Shown here in pieces: positions 57,468-57,488 of a stretch of 57,488 bases of DNA. The first letter of the stretch is position 1, and each line of letters opens with the position of its first letter. The notes under the pieces are model-generated. The model did not search any database, had not been told where the DNA came from, and was given only the letters and a program-made list of their open reading frames with translations. The position numbers were made by a program, and so were the translations under genes. Source of the DNA: Thermoanaerobaculum aquaticum (GTDB lineage: Bacteria; Acidobacteriota; UBA4820); NCBI GenBank assembly GCA_020722885.1, contig DYJZ01000002.1, positions 1 to 57,488 of the forward strand, written 5' to 3'.

Positions 57468-57488
57468 TGGATCTTAATGTGGAGGAGT

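Overview
AT-rich bacterial chromosome segment, almost entirely core genome. The centre (24.0-43.5 kb, minus strand) is one uninterrupted translation block: rpsL-rpsG-fusA-tuf, then the S10, spc and alpha operons (rpsJ to rplQ, including secY, adk, map, infA, rpmJ, rpoA), followed by rarA. TTG starts are used for rpsL and rpsC. Several proteins are the zinc-ribbon forms (L36, S14 type Z, L24, Adk lid). Flanking genes include tgt, aroA, smpB, an ECF sigma/anti-sigma pair, a MacAB-TolC-type efflux operon with an embedded Yip1-like membrane protein, and an icd-like/ald/CoA-transferase cluster. Also present are a GAF histidine kinase, a LolA-like protein, purH, hup, tRNA-Val(CAC), aroK, purN, tyrS and a TatA-zinc-ribbon fusion. 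TolC, LolA-like and Kdo-kinase-like genes indicate a Gram-negative-type envelope. The organism is not identifiable from the sequence alone.

Two things stand out. (1) At least seven intergenic regions carry pieces of one modular non-coding repeat family. The full composite is at 52130-52636. The other pieces are at 1848-2157, 6489-6846, 17911-17959, 19600-19770, 43578-43881 and 57325-57421. It combines a 227-nt module with helix-preserving G-U substitutions, a MITE-like part with terminal inverted repeats, a REP-like hairpin unit and a TTGACA-bearing end. Five of six classifiable copies point at the 5' end of the next gene. (2) A tightly overlapping six-gene operon (12524-17489) links two thymidylate-kinase-like paralogs (one with Walker A Lys replaced by Arg), a Lys-rich small protein, a metallophosphoesterase, a CYTH-like/CHAD protein and a saccharopine-dehydrogenase-like enzyme. 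This is a candidate polyphosphate/nucleotide module of unknown function.

The 17.8-19.9 kb interval is the only accessory-looking stretch: a GC-rich non-coding segment, a decayed metalloprotease gene and repeat debris. No CRISPR array, transposase, integrase or recognised defence gene was seen.
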